From NCBI GenBank assembly GCA_963798915.1, contig CAWCVB010000002.1:96001-160000 (forward strand): DNA of 64,000 bases, written 5' to 3'. The DNA comes from an uncultured Gemmatimonadales bacterium. GTDB taxonomy: Bacteria > Gemmatimonadota > Gemmatimonadetes > Gemmatimonadales > GWC2-71-9. Shown in pieces: positions 9,323 through 18,973 of this stretch. Position numbers and translations under genes: made by a program. The notes beneath the pieces are model-generated. The model made no database searches. It was not told where the DNA came from and worked only from the letters and a program-made list of their open reading frames with translations. Numbering within the stretch: position 1 is the stretch's first letter; each line of letters starts with the position of its first letter.

Positions 9323-10705
9323 TCAATCGACCGTGACCAGTTCCTGCCGTGCATGCTCCACCCGTTCACGGAATGCCCGGTCCCGTTGCATCTGCCGGTG
9401 GACCTTGTCCACGCTGTGAATGACGGTGGAGTGATCCCGCCCGCCAAAGGCATGGCCAATCTCCACCAGCTGCATCTGCAGCAGTTCCCGCGCGAGATAC
9501 ATCGCAATCTGCCTTGGCACGGTAAGGGTCTTGATCCGCGCCTTGCTGCGCAGGCCCTCGGGCGTCACTCCCCAGCGCCGGGCCACCACTTCCTGCACCC
9601 GGTTGATGGTGGGCTTGGGCTGGCCTTCCTGGTCCTCGCTGTCGCCCCGGATCTTGTCCGCCAGGGCCTCGCGCGCCAGCTCGATCGAAATCTCCCGGTG
9701 CTTGAGTGAAGCATACAGCAGCATCTTGATGATGCACCCCTCCAGCTCGCGCACGCTCGAGCGGACGTGTTCGGCGATGAACCGGAGCACGTCGTCCGGA
9801 ATGGTGAGCTCCAGGTGGTCCTGCTCCTGCTTCTTCCGCAGGATGGCAATGCGGTGCTCCAGGTCCGGCTGCCCGATATCCGCCACCATGCCCCATTCGA
9901 AGCGGCTCACCAGCCGTGCCTCGAGGTTGGGGATGTCCTTGGGCGGCCGGTCCGACGTCAGCACGATCTGGCGGCCGGCCTCGTAAAGTGCATTGAACGT
10001 GTGGAAGAACTCCTCCTGGGTCATCTCCTTGCCTTCCAGGAAGTGCACGTCATCCACGAGGAAGAGATCCGCATCGGCTCGGTAGCGGCGCCGGAATTCC
10101 GGCATGGTCCGACCGTGAATGCTCTCGATTACCTCATTGATGAACTGTTCTGCCCCGACGTACAGCACCCGGGTCGAGGGGTTCTTCCGCAGCACCTTGT
10201 GCGCGATCGCCTGCATCAGGTGGGTCTTGCCCAGCCCGGTCGCTCCATAAATGAACAGCGGATTGTAGGTCTTGCCTGGCGCCTCCGCCACGCCGTGGGC
10301 GGCCGCGGCGGCCAGCTCGTTCGACTTGCCGATGACAAAATGCTCAAAGGTGTAGCGCTCGTTGAGCGGCTGGGTCGTCGAGTTGATCGCCGCCGGCGTC
10401 GCGGTACTCGGGGCCGGCGCGACGAAGAAATCCATCTGGGGCCTGGTCTGGCGGTCGGCCAGTACCTGAAACCGGATGTTGAGGTCCTGGCCCATGACGT
10501 CCCGGGCAATGCGGGCCAGGATGGGAAGATGCTTGGTCTCGTTCCACTCGACCGCAAACTGGTCGGGTGCCCCCACGACGAGATGCTCCGCATCCAGCGA
10601 AATCGCCTCGGTGGGTTCGAGCCAGCTGTGAATGGTGTGTTCGGGGAGCTCACGCGCAGCGGCTTCCAGAATTTGCTTCCACGCGTCCCGTGCGGACAAC
10701 TGCAT
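9323..10705 (-). CDS. dnaA: Chromosomal replication initiator DnaA
   Basis: YNPLFIYGATGLGKTHL, QEEFFHTFN, RLVSRFEWG and GGRDHSTV motifs. Start placed at MQLSARDAW. Confidence 0.98.
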   Translation of the reverse strand: MQLSARDAWKQILEAAARELPEHTIHSWLEPTEAISLDAEHLVVGAPDQFAVEWNETKHLPILARIARDVMGQDLNIRFQVLADRQTRPQMDFFVAPAPSTATPAAINSTTQPLNERYTFEHFVIGKSNELAAAAAHGVAEAPGKTYNPLFIYGATGLGKTHLMQAIAHKVLRKNPSTRVLYVGAEQFINEVIESIHGRTMPEFRRRYRADADLFLVDDVHFLEGKEMTQEEFFHTFNALYEAGRQIVLTSDRPPKDIPNLEARLVSRFEWGMVADIGQPDLEHRIAILRKKQEQDHLELTIPDDVLRFIAEHVRSSVRELEGCIIKMLLYASLKHREISIELAREALADKIRGDSEDQEGQPKPTINRVQEVVARRWGVTPEGLRSKARIKTLTVPRQIAMYLARELLQMQLVEIGHAFGGRDHSTVIHSVDKVHRQMQRDRAFRERVEHARQELVTVD

Positions 10706-10760
10706 TTGTACTCGAAACTGATGAGGGTGATTCCAAGGGCGAGGGATGTTACGAGTCGGG

Positions 10761-10769
10761 TGTGGAAAA
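10761..10769 (-). promoter_or_regulatory. DnaA box upstream of dnaA (possible autoregulation)
   Basis: TTTTCCACA on the minus strand matches TTWTNCACA. Confidence 0.55.
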
Positions 10770-10843
10770 GTCAAATGGGGTCGCGAGTCGCGAGTCATGA
10801 GTCGTGGGTCGAGTGCCTCAGGAGTGGATTCTCCCACCGTCTT

Positions 10844-10926
10844 CATCCTGAAGGAGTGCAGCGACTGAAGGATCCACCAGCGCATTCCGGGGAATGGCAA
10901 AGCAGATCCTTCGCGTTGCCCAGGAT
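10844..10926. repeat. Palindromic element (CATCCTG...GAAGGATC / GATCCTTC...CAGGAT)
   Basis: Nested inverted repeats with the same architecture as 23324-23414. Confidence 0.55.
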
Positions 10927-10962
10927 CGGGGGTTAGGTTTTTTCAATCGGCGACCTTCGGCT

Positions 10963-11036
10963 CCCACGACCCACGACCCACGACCCACGACCCACGACCC
11001 ACGACCCACGACCCACGACCCACGACCCACGACCCA
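10963..11036. repeat. Heptamer tandem repeat (CCCACGA)x10
   Basis: Ten perfect copies plus a partial copy between dnaA and rpmH. Confidence 0.95.
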
Positions 11037-11094
11037 ACTTGACCCAACCCCATCCCCTTGGCTAACTTCCCCGGCTCACTGGAGGAGTCGCTCG

Positions 11095-11256
11095 ATGAAG
11101 CCGTCGTATCGTCCGCGCAACAAGCGCCGGATCGCCAAGCATGGATTCCGCGCCCGCATGGCCAATCGGTGGGGCCGTGCGGTCTTGTCGCGCCGTCGGA
11201 AGAAGGGGCGCAAGCGCCTCACGGTTTCCATTCCGTCCAAGCACGGGAGCGCCTGA
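11095..11256 (+). CDS. rpmH: 50S ribosomal protein L34
   Basis: [22 protein letters not shown]...[18 protein letters not shown]; divergent from dnaA. Confidence 0.97.
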   Translation: MKPSYRPRNKRRIAKHGFRARMANRWGRAVLSRRRKKGRKRLTVSIPSKHGSA

Positions 11257-11609
11257 CGGCGCCGGAGCGTCTCGCCCGGGCCGCTCGGCTCGGGCGGGCC
11301 GCAGATATTCGCCGATGCCTGCAGATGGGACGGCGCCGGCGGTTTGAGCACCTCGAGATGATCTGGGTCGACAATGCAACGGGCCACCCGCGTCTGGGAC
11401 TCATCGTTCCGAAGTTTGGAGCGAACGCGGTGGCCCGTAATCGTTTGCGGCGCAGGATCAAGGAAATCTGGCGCCGGGAGATTCAGCCAGTGCAGCCCGC
11501 TTGGGACCTCATCGTCCGGATCCGCCGCGAGGCGTACCAGCAGTCCTTTGCCGACCTGCGCCACCAGCTCATCGGCTGGCGAGACATGGTGCTGCCGGAC
11601 GGTGGCTGA
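11253..11609 (+). CDS. rnpA: RNase P protein component (probable CTG start overlapping the rpmH stop)
   Basis: RLGLIVPK...[16 protein letters not shown] motif and conserved synteny. The start codon is inferred. Confidence 0.9.
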   Translation: MTAPERLARAARLGRAADIRRCLQMGRRRRFEHLEMIWVDNATGHPRLGLIVPKFGANAVARNRLRRRIKEIWRREIQPVQPAWDLIVRIRREAYQQSFADLRHQLIGWRDMVLPDGG

Positions 11610-11839
11610 TGCTCGATCTCCGCACGCTGCCGCGGCGGCTCCTGACCGGAATGATCCGCGGGTACCAGCTCGTTATCTCACCGGCGCTCCCCGCCGCCTG
11701 CCGCTACACTCCGACCTGCTCGCAGTATGCTCTGGAAGCGATCCAGCGCTACGGCGTCCTCAAGGGATCCTGGCTGGCCGCGCGCCGGGTGGCCAGATGT
11801 CACCCGTTTCATGAAGGTGGCACTGATCCCGTTCCCTGA
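11609..11839 (+). CDS. yidD: Membrane protein insertion efficiency factor
   Basis: YQLVISP...[15 protein letters not shown]...RCHPF...DPVP motif. Confidence 0.95.
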   Translation: MLDLRTLPRRLLTGMIRGYQLVISPALPAACRYTPTCSQYALEAIQRYGVLKGSWLAARRVARCHPFHEGGTDPVP

Positions 11840-11858
11840 ACCCGTGACCTGACAAGAC

Positions 11859-13595
11859 ATGGACCGTCGTGTCATCTGGGCAGTGGCGCTGATGATGCTC
11901 GTCGCGCTCGCTCCCACGTTCTTCCTGAAGCGCCCGCCGGCGCCAGTAGCATCTCCGGCGGATTCCGCCGCTGCCATATCCCGGCCGGCCGACACGGCCG
12001 CGCCCGCTCCCGCCGTCCCTGGGGCCGTGGGCCCGGTCGATTCGCTGGCGACCGCGACGGTGACGCCGCCCACCGCGGCTCCGGCCGACACCGTGACGGT
12101 GACATCGCCGCTCTACAGCTTCCGGCTCTCGACTCGAGGTGCCGCGCTGATCGGCGCCCGGCTCACCCGATACCGCTCCATGGGCTTGGGCGATTCTGCC
12201 CAGGCCGAGCTGGTGCGGCCGGGCGAGCGCCTCTATGCCCTCGCCATCGTGAGCGGCCGCGACACCATTTCGCTCGAGAACTGGAGTTTTGTCCCCTCGG
12301 CGCGCCAGGTCTCGGTGGAAGAAGCCCCGGCGCCGCTCACCTTCACCGGCAGCAACGGGGCCTTGAGTGCCCGCATCACCTACACCTTCTATCCGGGCTA
12401 CCGCTTTGACGTCGAAGCCCAGGTGAATGGCGTGGGGGCGAGTGGTGGCCTCGCCATGATCGGGCTGGGCACCGGCCTGGAGAATACTGAAAAGGACTCG
12501 CTGCAGAACTTCATCAAGTACGCCGTGGTGGTGAAGAACAGCGGGGCGGACCGGACCGATTTCCGGTCGCTCGACCCGGGGGAATTCAAGGTGATCCCGG
12601 GCCCGTTCGAATGGGCCGCGGTCAAGTCCAAGTACTTTGTGGCGAGTCTGTTTGCCTTTGACAGCAGCTCCACCACGGGGCGCATCAGCGGCGTCACGGC
12701 GGCCGTGCCGGCGTCGGAAGGAAAGAACCCCCACGCCGCGCGGGTCCGCGTCACGATGCCGGTTCCCGCGGCCGGCACCATCCGGTTCAGCGGATATGTG
12801 GGGCCGATGGAGTACGACCAGCTCCGCAGCATCGGCCACGAGTTTGATGACGTGAACCCCTATGGCTGGCCGGGGGTCCGCACCGTCATCCGCTTCTTTG
12901 CGGTGCCGGTGCGCTGGCTGCTGGTGCAGATGCATGCGCAGCTGAACCTGGCCTATGGCCTGGTGCTGGTGCTCTTTGGCATCCTGGTGCGCCTGCTGCT
13001 CTGGCCCCTCAACCAGAAGGCCATGCGCGCCAACATGCGGATGCAGGAGCTGCAGCCGGTGCTCAAGGCGGCACAGGAGCGGCACAAGGACAATCCGCAA
13101 ATGCTGCAGCAGGAGATGTTCCGGCTGTACAAGGAGTACGGCGTCAATCCGATGAGCGGCTGCTGGCCCATGATGCTGCCCATGCCCATCCTGTTCGCAC
13201 TCTTCTTCGTCTTCGAGAACGCCATCGAGCTGCGGGGCCAGAGCTTCCTCTGGCTTCCGGACCTTGCCCGTCCCGATCCGCTCTACATCATCCCGGTGGT
13301 AATGGGCCTCTCGATGTATGCGGTGAGCAAGGTGGGCCAGATGGGGATGCCGCCCAATCCTCAGATGAAGATGATGCTCTACGTCATGCCCATCATGATG
13401 ACGGTCTTCTTCCTGCGCTTTGCCTCGGGGCTCAACCTGTACTATGTGGTGAGCAACCTGGCGAGCATCCCGCAGCAGTGGATGCTGGGCCAGGAGCGGC
13501 GCCGTCGCACGGCGCTGGCCATCGCGAATGTGACGACGCACAACGAAGCGCCTGCCGGAGGAGGCACCGGAAAGAAGCGTCGGAAATCCTCATGA
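11859..13595 (+). CDS. yidC: Membrane protein insertase YidC
   Basis: N-terminal TM, periplasmic domain, GVNPMSGCWP and FLWLPDL..PDP motifs; synteny. Confidence 0.95.
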   Translation: MDRRVIWAVALMMLVALAPTFFLKRPPAPVASPADSAAAISRPADTAAPAPAVPGAVGPVDSLATATVTPPTAAPADTVTVTSPLYSFRLSTRGAALIGARLTRYRSMGLGDSAQAELVRPGERLYALAIVSGRDTISLENWSFVPSARQVSVEEAPAPLTFTGSNGALSARITYTFYPGYRFDVEAQVNGVGASGGLAMIGLGTGLENTEKDSLQNFIKYAVVVKNSGADRTDFRSLDPGEFKVIPGPFEWAAVKSKYFVASLFAFDSSSTTGRISGVTAAVPASEGKNPHAARVRVTMPVPAAGTIRFSGYVGPMEYDQLRSIGHEFDDVNPYGWPGVRTVIRFFAVPVRWLLVQMHAQLNLAYGLVLVLFGILVRLLLWPLNQKAMRANMRMQELQPVLKAAQERHKDNPQMLQQEMFRLYKEYGVNPMSGCWPMMLPMPILFALFFVFENAIELRGQSFLWLPDLARPDPLYIIPVVMGLSMYAVSKVGQMGMPPNPQMKMMLYVMPIMMTVFFLRFASGLNLYYVVSNLASIPQQWMLGQERRRRTALAIANVTTHNEAPAGGGTGKKRRKSS

Positions 13596-13621
13596 CCGAC
13601 GACTGATGACCGACGACCATC

Positions 13622-14935
13622 ATGCTGTCCGACCCCATCGCCGCCCTCGCCACCCCGCCCGGTCGTTCGGCCCTCGCGGTCGTGCGCCTGGCGGGCACCG
13701 GGGCCTTTGACGTCGCCCGACGCGTAGTCAGGCGCTTCGAGTTGCGGCCGAGGGTTGCCGTGCTCGCCACATTCGTGGACAGCAAGGGCGAGCCGATCGA
13801 CCGCGGCATCTACACCAGTTTCCCATCACCCCACAGCTTCAGTGGCGACGATACGGTGGAGTTCTCCTGTCACGGAGGACTCACGGCCCCAGCCCGTCTC
13901 CTCGCCGCGCTTCACGCCGCCGGCGCCCGTCCGGCAGCGCCCGGCGAATTCACCCGTCGCGCGGTATTGAACGGGCAGCTCGACCTGCTCCAGGCCGAAG
14001 CCGTGGGCGACCTCATCGATGCCACGGCGCCGGCCCAGGGTCGTGCCGCCTTGGCCCAACTCGACGGCAATCTCTCCCGGCGGATCCGGCAGCTCCGGGA
14101 GCAGCTGCTCGAGGTGGAGACGCTGCTGAGCTACGACATTGATTTCCCCGGCGAAGACGATGGCCCCATCCCACCGGAGCGCCTGCGCGACGCCCTGGAG
14201 CGCGCCGCCGCACAGGTGGACCGACTGCTGGCAACGGCGCCAGCCGGCGAGCGGCTGCGCGAGGGTGCACTGGTGGTGATCGCGGGCCGGCCCAATGCCG
14301 GCAAGTCGTCGCTCTTCAACGCGTTGCTCGGCAGCGACCGGGCCCTGGTCACGGAGATTGCGGGCACCACGCGCGACGCCATCGAGGCACACCTCGGTTT
14401 CCTCGACTGGCCGGTGCGGCTGGTGGACACCGCCGGCCTCCGCAGCACGGATGACCGCATCGAGGCCATGGGCGTCGAGGTGAGCCGGCGGTGGCTCGAG
14501 GCCGCCGACCTGGTGCTGCTGTGCGTTGAATCGGGACGCGATCTCACGGCCGACGAGCGTGACCTCGGCACGCGCTATCCGTTGCTGGTGGTGAGGACCA
14601 AGGCCGATCTCTATCCCGATGCCGATGGCGTGTCCGCCGTGAGCGGGGAAGGGCTGGACCGGCTCCGCCGTCTGGTGGCGGAGCGATTGTTCGGAGGCCG
14701 GGTGGCGCTGGCCGATCTTGAGCCGGGGCTGACGCGGGCGCGCCATCGCACCGCGCTGGCCGCGGCTCAGGGCGAACTCGCTGCCGCGCGCCCCTTCCTG
14801 GGCCGGGACGGCGACGCCGCGCTGGCATCACACCACATCCGGCGGGCCGTGCTCAGTCTCGATGAATTGATTGGCGTGGTGGATGTCGAGGATGTGCTGG
14901 ACCGGGTCTTTGCCGGATTCTGTGTGGGGAAATAG
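13622..14935 (+). CDS. mnmE: tRNA modification GTPase MnmE
   Basis: GRPNAGKSS, GTTRD, DTAG and C-terminal FCVGK motifs. Confidence 0.97.
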   Translation: MLSDPIAALATPPGRSALAVVRLAGTGAFDVARRVVRRFELRPRVAVLATFVDSKGEPIDRGIYTSFPSPHSFSGDDTVEFSCHGGLTAPARLLAALHAAGARPAAPGEFTRRAVLNGQLDLLQAEAVGDLIDATAPAQGRAALAQLDGNLSRRIRQLREQLLEVETLLSYDIDFPGEDDGPIPPERLRDALERAAAQVDRLLATAPAGERLREGALVVIAGRPNAGKSSLFNALLGSDRALVTEIAGTTRDAIEAHLGFLDWPVRLVDTAGLRSTDDRIEAMGVEVSRRWLEAADLVLLCVESGRDLTADERDLGTRYPLLVVRTKADLYPDADGVSAVSGEGLDRLRRLVAERLFGGRVALADLEPGLTRARHRTALAAAQGELAAARPFLGRDGDAALASHHIRRAVLSLDELIGVVDVEDVLDRVFAGFCVGK

Positions 14936-14974
14936 GCGCAGGGGCGACGCATGCGTCGCCCCTGCGCCTATTTC
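14929..14974. repeat. Perfect 46-bp palindrome built on a REP-like core (possible bidirectional terminator)
   Basis: GAAATAGGCGCAGGGGCGACGCA|TGCGTCGCCCCTGCGCCTATTTC lies between convergent genes and overlaps the mnmE stop. Confidence 0.85.
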
Positions 14975-14994
14975 TTCCCGTCTTCCCACCTGCA

Positions 14995-15939
14995 TCACGC
15001 CGTCTGAATCCCCCGCGCCGCCTCTTCCGCTGCGGCGATATCCTCGGCGCTGGCGCGCAGGGCGTCGGCGATCCCGCGCTCACGCACGATGGCATCGCTC
15101 ATCCGCCATCCCAGGTAATAGCCGGCTCGTTCGGGAAGCACTCGTCCGTTGACCAGCCGGGCGCTCGGGCTCATCCCGCCGGTCAGGTACCGGAGCCTGA
15201 GGCCCAATCCCCGCAGGTCCAACTCCGGGCCGGTGACCCGGCGCAGCAGTGACTCCATTTCCCGAAGCCGGGTGTACTGGCGCCGCGGGTAGCCGAAATA
15301 ATCCGCCGCGCCGAACCCGGGCGCCACCATCTCGGCGGCGTGCACCGCCAGCCCCTCGTTGACCAGCAGCTCCCGCAGCGTCGCGCGGCTACCGGTGGCC
15401 CAGAAGTCGTAGTAGCCGGCGTTTTCGTCCACCAGCCGCTTCATCTCGCTTGCGCTCGTGGGCGAAGTGTATCGCACCGCATGCGCGAGTTCATGGGCCA
15501 CCCAGACGGGAATCAGCTCGGGGGAAAGTCCCATGCCGTAGGTTTCAGCGTTGGGCCGGCCGGTAAAGTGCTCCACACAGATGAACGCAGCCCCACGCCC
15601 GTCGAGCACCAGCTCGCCGGCATTGGCCGCGCCCATGCCCACCATGAGGTAGACGTCCGTGGGTCGGTCGAGCCGAAGCAGGTCGGCAGCGGCACCGGCG
15701 GCATCTTCGGCCAGCACGTCGAGATCATGTGACACCATGACGGCGCGGAGATCGTCCCGCCTGGCCCGCAGCGCGTCCTGTACCACTCGTGCAGCCTGCG
15801 GCGAATCCGGATCGAGCACATAATTGCGCCAGTAGGCATCGAGCACGGGCCGGTGCGCCTCGCGATAGCGGGCATACGCAGCTTCAGGTTCGTCAGCATC
15901 GATGACGGAGAGAAATTCTGGCAACAGATTGATGAGCAC
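14995..15939 (-). CDS. Putative Zn-dependent protease (DUF2268-like)
   Basis: HELAH zincin motif followed by NEGLA and GYYLG. Confidence 0.65.
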   Translation of the reverse strand: MLINLLPEFLSVIDADEPEAAYARYREAHRPVLDAYWRNYVLDPDSPQAARVVQDALRARRDDLRAVMVSHDLDVLAEDAAGAAADLLRLDRPTDVYLMVGMGAANAGELVLDGRGAAFICVEHFTGRPNAETYGMGLSPELIPVWVAHELAHAVRYTSPTSASEMKRLVDENAGYYDFWATGSRATLRELLVNEGLAVHAAEMVAPGFGAADYFGYPRRQYTRLREMESLLRRVTGPELDLRGLGLRLRYLTGGMSPSARLVNGRVLPERAGYYLGWRMSDAIVRERGIADALRASAEDIAAAEEAARGIQTA

Positions 15940-16016
15940 GCGCCATGATAGAACGTGGGTGGTGTCTACGCAAGACGGAAGACGGGAAGACGGGAAGGCG
16001 GGAAGGCGGGAAGAAA

Positions 16017-16886
16017 TTAGCGGTAGGAACTTCCGGTCTTTCCGTCCTCCCGGCTTCCCGCCTGCTTGTTGCGCGAGACTTCGTCCAGGAACCGGCGCTC
16101 GGTGGGCGTGAGACTCGCGATTCCATTGGCGCTGATTTTGTCGAGCAGGCGGTCGAGCTCGGCGGTGGTGCTGTCGGGTTCGGGCCGGGTGCGGCTCCGG
16201 ACCGTGGCTGGTGGCGAGCGCCGGCCTCTCGCAGCCTCACGCGCGGCCGGCGGCACCCGCACCATCCGTTCAACCGGGCGCGGCTGGAACCCGGGCCCCT
16301 GGGAGGGTTGCAGGCGGAAGAACAGGAAACCGAAGATGGCCCCACCCACGTGTGCGATGTGGGCGATACCGTCACCCGGCGCCAGCAGCGAGAAGGTCAC
16401 GTCCAGCGCCACCAGGCCAATCACCAGCGTGCGGGCGCGGATCGGCACCGGAATCGGAAAGACAAAGAGGCGCGCGTCGGGCCAGTACAACGCGAATGCC
16501 ACCGCCAGGCCCAGAATGGCGCCGGATGCGCCGATGATGGGGCCCACCGGCATCACCAGGCTCAAGGCCCAGCAGAATGCTGCCGCGCCGATACCGCAAT
16601 AGAAGTAATAAAGCAGGAATTTCCGGCTGCCCATCCGCTCCTCGACCGGGCAGCCGAAGACGAACAGGCCGAGTGAATTGGCCAGCAGGTGGAGCAGGCC
16701 GCCGTGGACAAAGAGATAGGTGACGAGACCCCACGGCTGGGAGATCACGTGTGCGGGGTCGAACGCGAGCGCCAGGCTGATGCCGGGCGCCGTAAAGATG
16801 GTCTCCAGCAGGAGCAGCACCACGGCGTTGGCGGCAATCAGGCGGCCAACCCATGGGGTGATCCGGGGATACGACAGCAAGCTCAT
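16017..16886 (-). CDS. Rhomboid family intramembrane serine protease
   Basis: HLLAN, GASG and AHIAHVGG motifs; C-terminal LDRLLDKISANGIASLT domain. Confidence 0.9.
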   Translation of the reverse strand: MSLLSYPRITPWVGRLIAANAVVLLLLETIFTAPGISLALAFDPAHVISQPWGLVTYLFVHGGLLHLLANSLGLFVFGCPVEERMGSRKFLLYYFYCGIGAAAFCWALSLVMPVGPIIGASGAILGLAVAFALYWPDARLFVFPIPVPIRARTLVIGLVALDVTFSLLAPGDGIAHIAHVGGAIFGFLFFRLQPSQGPGFQPRPVERMVRVPPAAREAARGRRSPPATVRSRTRPEPDSTTAELDRLLDKISANGIASLTPTERRFLDEVSRNKQAGSREDGKTGSSYR

Positions 16887-16928
16887 GGGCGCGGGCGCCT
16901 TGCCTCTTTGGTGTCCGGCATGCCGCTA

Positions 16929-17936
16929 CTACTCAGCGGGCCGGCGTGCGGAGCGGCAGATCCGCTCACACAGCTCGGGAAATTCGATGCCGACCGCCGC
17001 CGCCGACTGCGGCATGAGGCTGGTGGCCGTCATGCCCGGCAACGTATTTACCTCTAAACAGAAGAGCCGGCCCTCGGGTGTCAAGCGAAAATCCACCCGG
17101 GAGTACCCCCCCAGCTTCAGGGCCTCGTGGGCCAGGACGCCGAGCCGGGCGCACTCGCGAGCCACCGGCTCCGGCAGGTCGGCTGGAAAGGTCTCCGTGG
17201 ACATGCCGGGCGTGTATTTGCACTCATAGTCGAAAATATCATGCCGGGGGACGATCTCACCGACGGCGAGCGCCCGTCCGTCAAGAATGCCCACCGTCAG
17301 CTCGCGACCCGGGATGAACTGCTCGACGATGACTTCGTCGTCGAACTGTCCTGCCAATGCGACAGCGGCCTCGAAGTCGTCAGGCCGCTGCACCACCGTG
17401 AGTCCCACCGTGGAGCCCTCCTTGGAGGGCTTGACCACCACAGGCCAGCCGAACTGCTGGCCAGCCCGGTTCACCGGCACTGGCGCCATGCACCAGTCAG
17501 GGGTCGGGACGCCGGCCTGGCGAAAGAGCCGCTTGGAGATGTCCTTGTCCATGGCCATGCCACTGCCCAGGCGACCGCTGCCGGTGTAGGGCACACCCAC
17601 CATTTCCAGCAATGTCTGCAGGGTCCCGTCCTCACCGTGGCCGCCGTGCAACGCCAGAAACAGGACCTCCGCATCGCGGACGGCCCGGAGCCCGGCCAGT
17701 CCCGAAAGGAGGAGGCCCCGCTCCAGGCTCCTGAGCCGCTCGAGCGACGGTGGCTCGGCACCCACCGCCGTGGCGAGCAGACCGGGCTCTTCCTGCTCCG
17801 GTACGTAGCCGAGGGCGGTATCCACCACGGCGACATCATGGCCCCGCGAGCGCAGTGCCGCGACGATCTGTCCGGCGGATGCCAGTGCCACATCGCGTTC
17901 GGAGGAGGTGCCGCCGGTCAATACGGTGATGTGCAT
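16929..17936 (-). CDS. ddl: D-alanine--D-alanine ligase
   Basis: GGTSSERDV, LHGGHGEDG, DYECKY and LEVNTLPG motifs. Confidence 0.95.
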   Translation of the reverse strand: MHITVLTGGTSSERDVALASAGQIVAALRSRGHDVAVVDTALGYVPEQEEPGLLATAVGAEPPSLERLRSLERGLLLSGLAGLRAVRDAEVLFLALHGGHGEDGTLQTLLEMVGVPYTGSGRLGSGMAMDKDISKRLFRQAGVPTPDWCMAPVPVNRAGQQFGWPVVVKPSKEGSTVGLTVVQRPDDFEAAVALAGQFDDEVIVEQFIPGRELTVGILDGRALAVGEIVPRHDIFDYECKYTPGMSTETFPADLPEPVARECARLGVLAHEALKLGGYSRVDFRLTPEGRLFCLEVNTLPGMTATSLMPQSAAAVGIEFPELCERICRSARRPAE

Positions 17937-17961
17937 GCAGCCCATGTATGTAACGTGAATT

Positions 17962-18023
17962 GAAGGGGCGACGCTTGCGTCGCCCGGGATCCCGGGAATG
18001 CGTCGCCCGGGAACGCGTCGCCC
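17962..18023 (+). repeat. REP-like palindrome plus two half-REP copies
   Basis: GGGGCGACGCTTGCGTCGCCC followed by two further GCGTCGCCC copies. Confidence 0.75.
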
Positions 18024-18028
18024 GCACG

Positions 18029-18574
18029 TCAGGCCCGAAGCATCCCCGTCCTCAGCATGCGTTCGATCGCCCGTTCGGGGTTCATCGCAATGTAACGCCG
18101 CACGTAACCCAAGGCTCGCTGGTTCGGAATGATGCGATCGTAATAGCCGCGCTGCCATACTGCGGCGCCGGATGTGCCTCGCAAGCGGTTGATCTGCCGT
18201 GCTGCGCATGATTTGAAGCCGCCAACCACCGCGCCAAGGGATGGTCGGCGTGCGACGACACCTTGGCTTGCATTCGTGAGAGTGACGATGCCATGGACAT
18301 GGTCAGGCATCACCACGAATTCATCAAGCTGGATTGCCTCGTGATGATTCAGCAGGTCATGCCACGCTGCCAGCGCGACTGCTCCCGGCTTGCTCAGATG
18401 CACGCCATCCGATTCGAGCCATCCAAAGATCGGCCGGCGTCGAGTGGTGCAGACAGTGATGAAATAGTGGCCTGGCGAGGTGTAGTCGTGTGATGCGTGC
18501 CGCATGTTGACACGACACGGGAGGTCGATAGGCATGGCGGTTTCCCGAAACAGGGTGTCGGGGAACGGTGCCAT
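18029..18574 (-). mobile_element. REP-associated tyrosine transposase (RAYT, HUH Y1 family)
   Basis: DYTSPGHYFITVCT, HUH motif FVVMPDHVH, WQRGYYDRII and catalytic YIAMNP; flanked by inward-facing REP palindromes. Confidence 0.88.
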
Positions 18575-18703
18575 AGCGGGTGGCCGAGATCTTCACCGTC
18601 TTGACGCGTGAGTAAACGATTCCACGCGCATCGGGTCCGGCGGCCGTGCGTGGGGTGACGGGATACTGCACAGGCGCCGGGTGACGGCGAAACCAACGGA
18701 CGG

Positions 18704-18973
18704 GCGTCGGGCGTCGGGCGACGAGGTACGGGACTGGCGTCGGGCGACGGGGTACGGGACTGGCGTCGGGCGACGGGGTACGGGACTGGCGTCGGGCGAC
18801 GGGGTACGGGACTGGCGTCGGGCGACGGGGTACGGGACTGGCGTCGGGCGACGGGGTACGGGACTGGCGTCGGGCGACGGGGTACGGGACTGGCGTCGGG
18901 CGACGGGGTACGGGACTGGCGTCGGGCGACGGGGTACGGGACTGGCGTCGGGCGACGCAAGCGTCGCCCCTAC
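18704..18973. repeat. 26-bp tandem array (8 perfect copies, 18730-18937) ending in a GTAG-type REP (18950-18973)
   Basis: Unit GGGACTGGCGTCGGGCGACGGGGTAC with no spacers. The terminal REP reads GTAGGGGCGACGCTTGCGTCGCCC on the minus strand. Confidence 0.92.

Noticed and set aside
9323..10900. Long N-terminal extensions in the ORF track (dnaA, ddl, upp, holA, ECF sigma, ku, M16 at 30800)
   Set aside because: The extensions run through repeats or neighbouring genes; downstream starts fit family N-termini and RBS positions better.
18704..18957. CRISPR array
   Set aside because: The 26-bp units are contiguous with no unique spacers and there are no cas genes; better explained as a REP-associated tandem repeat.
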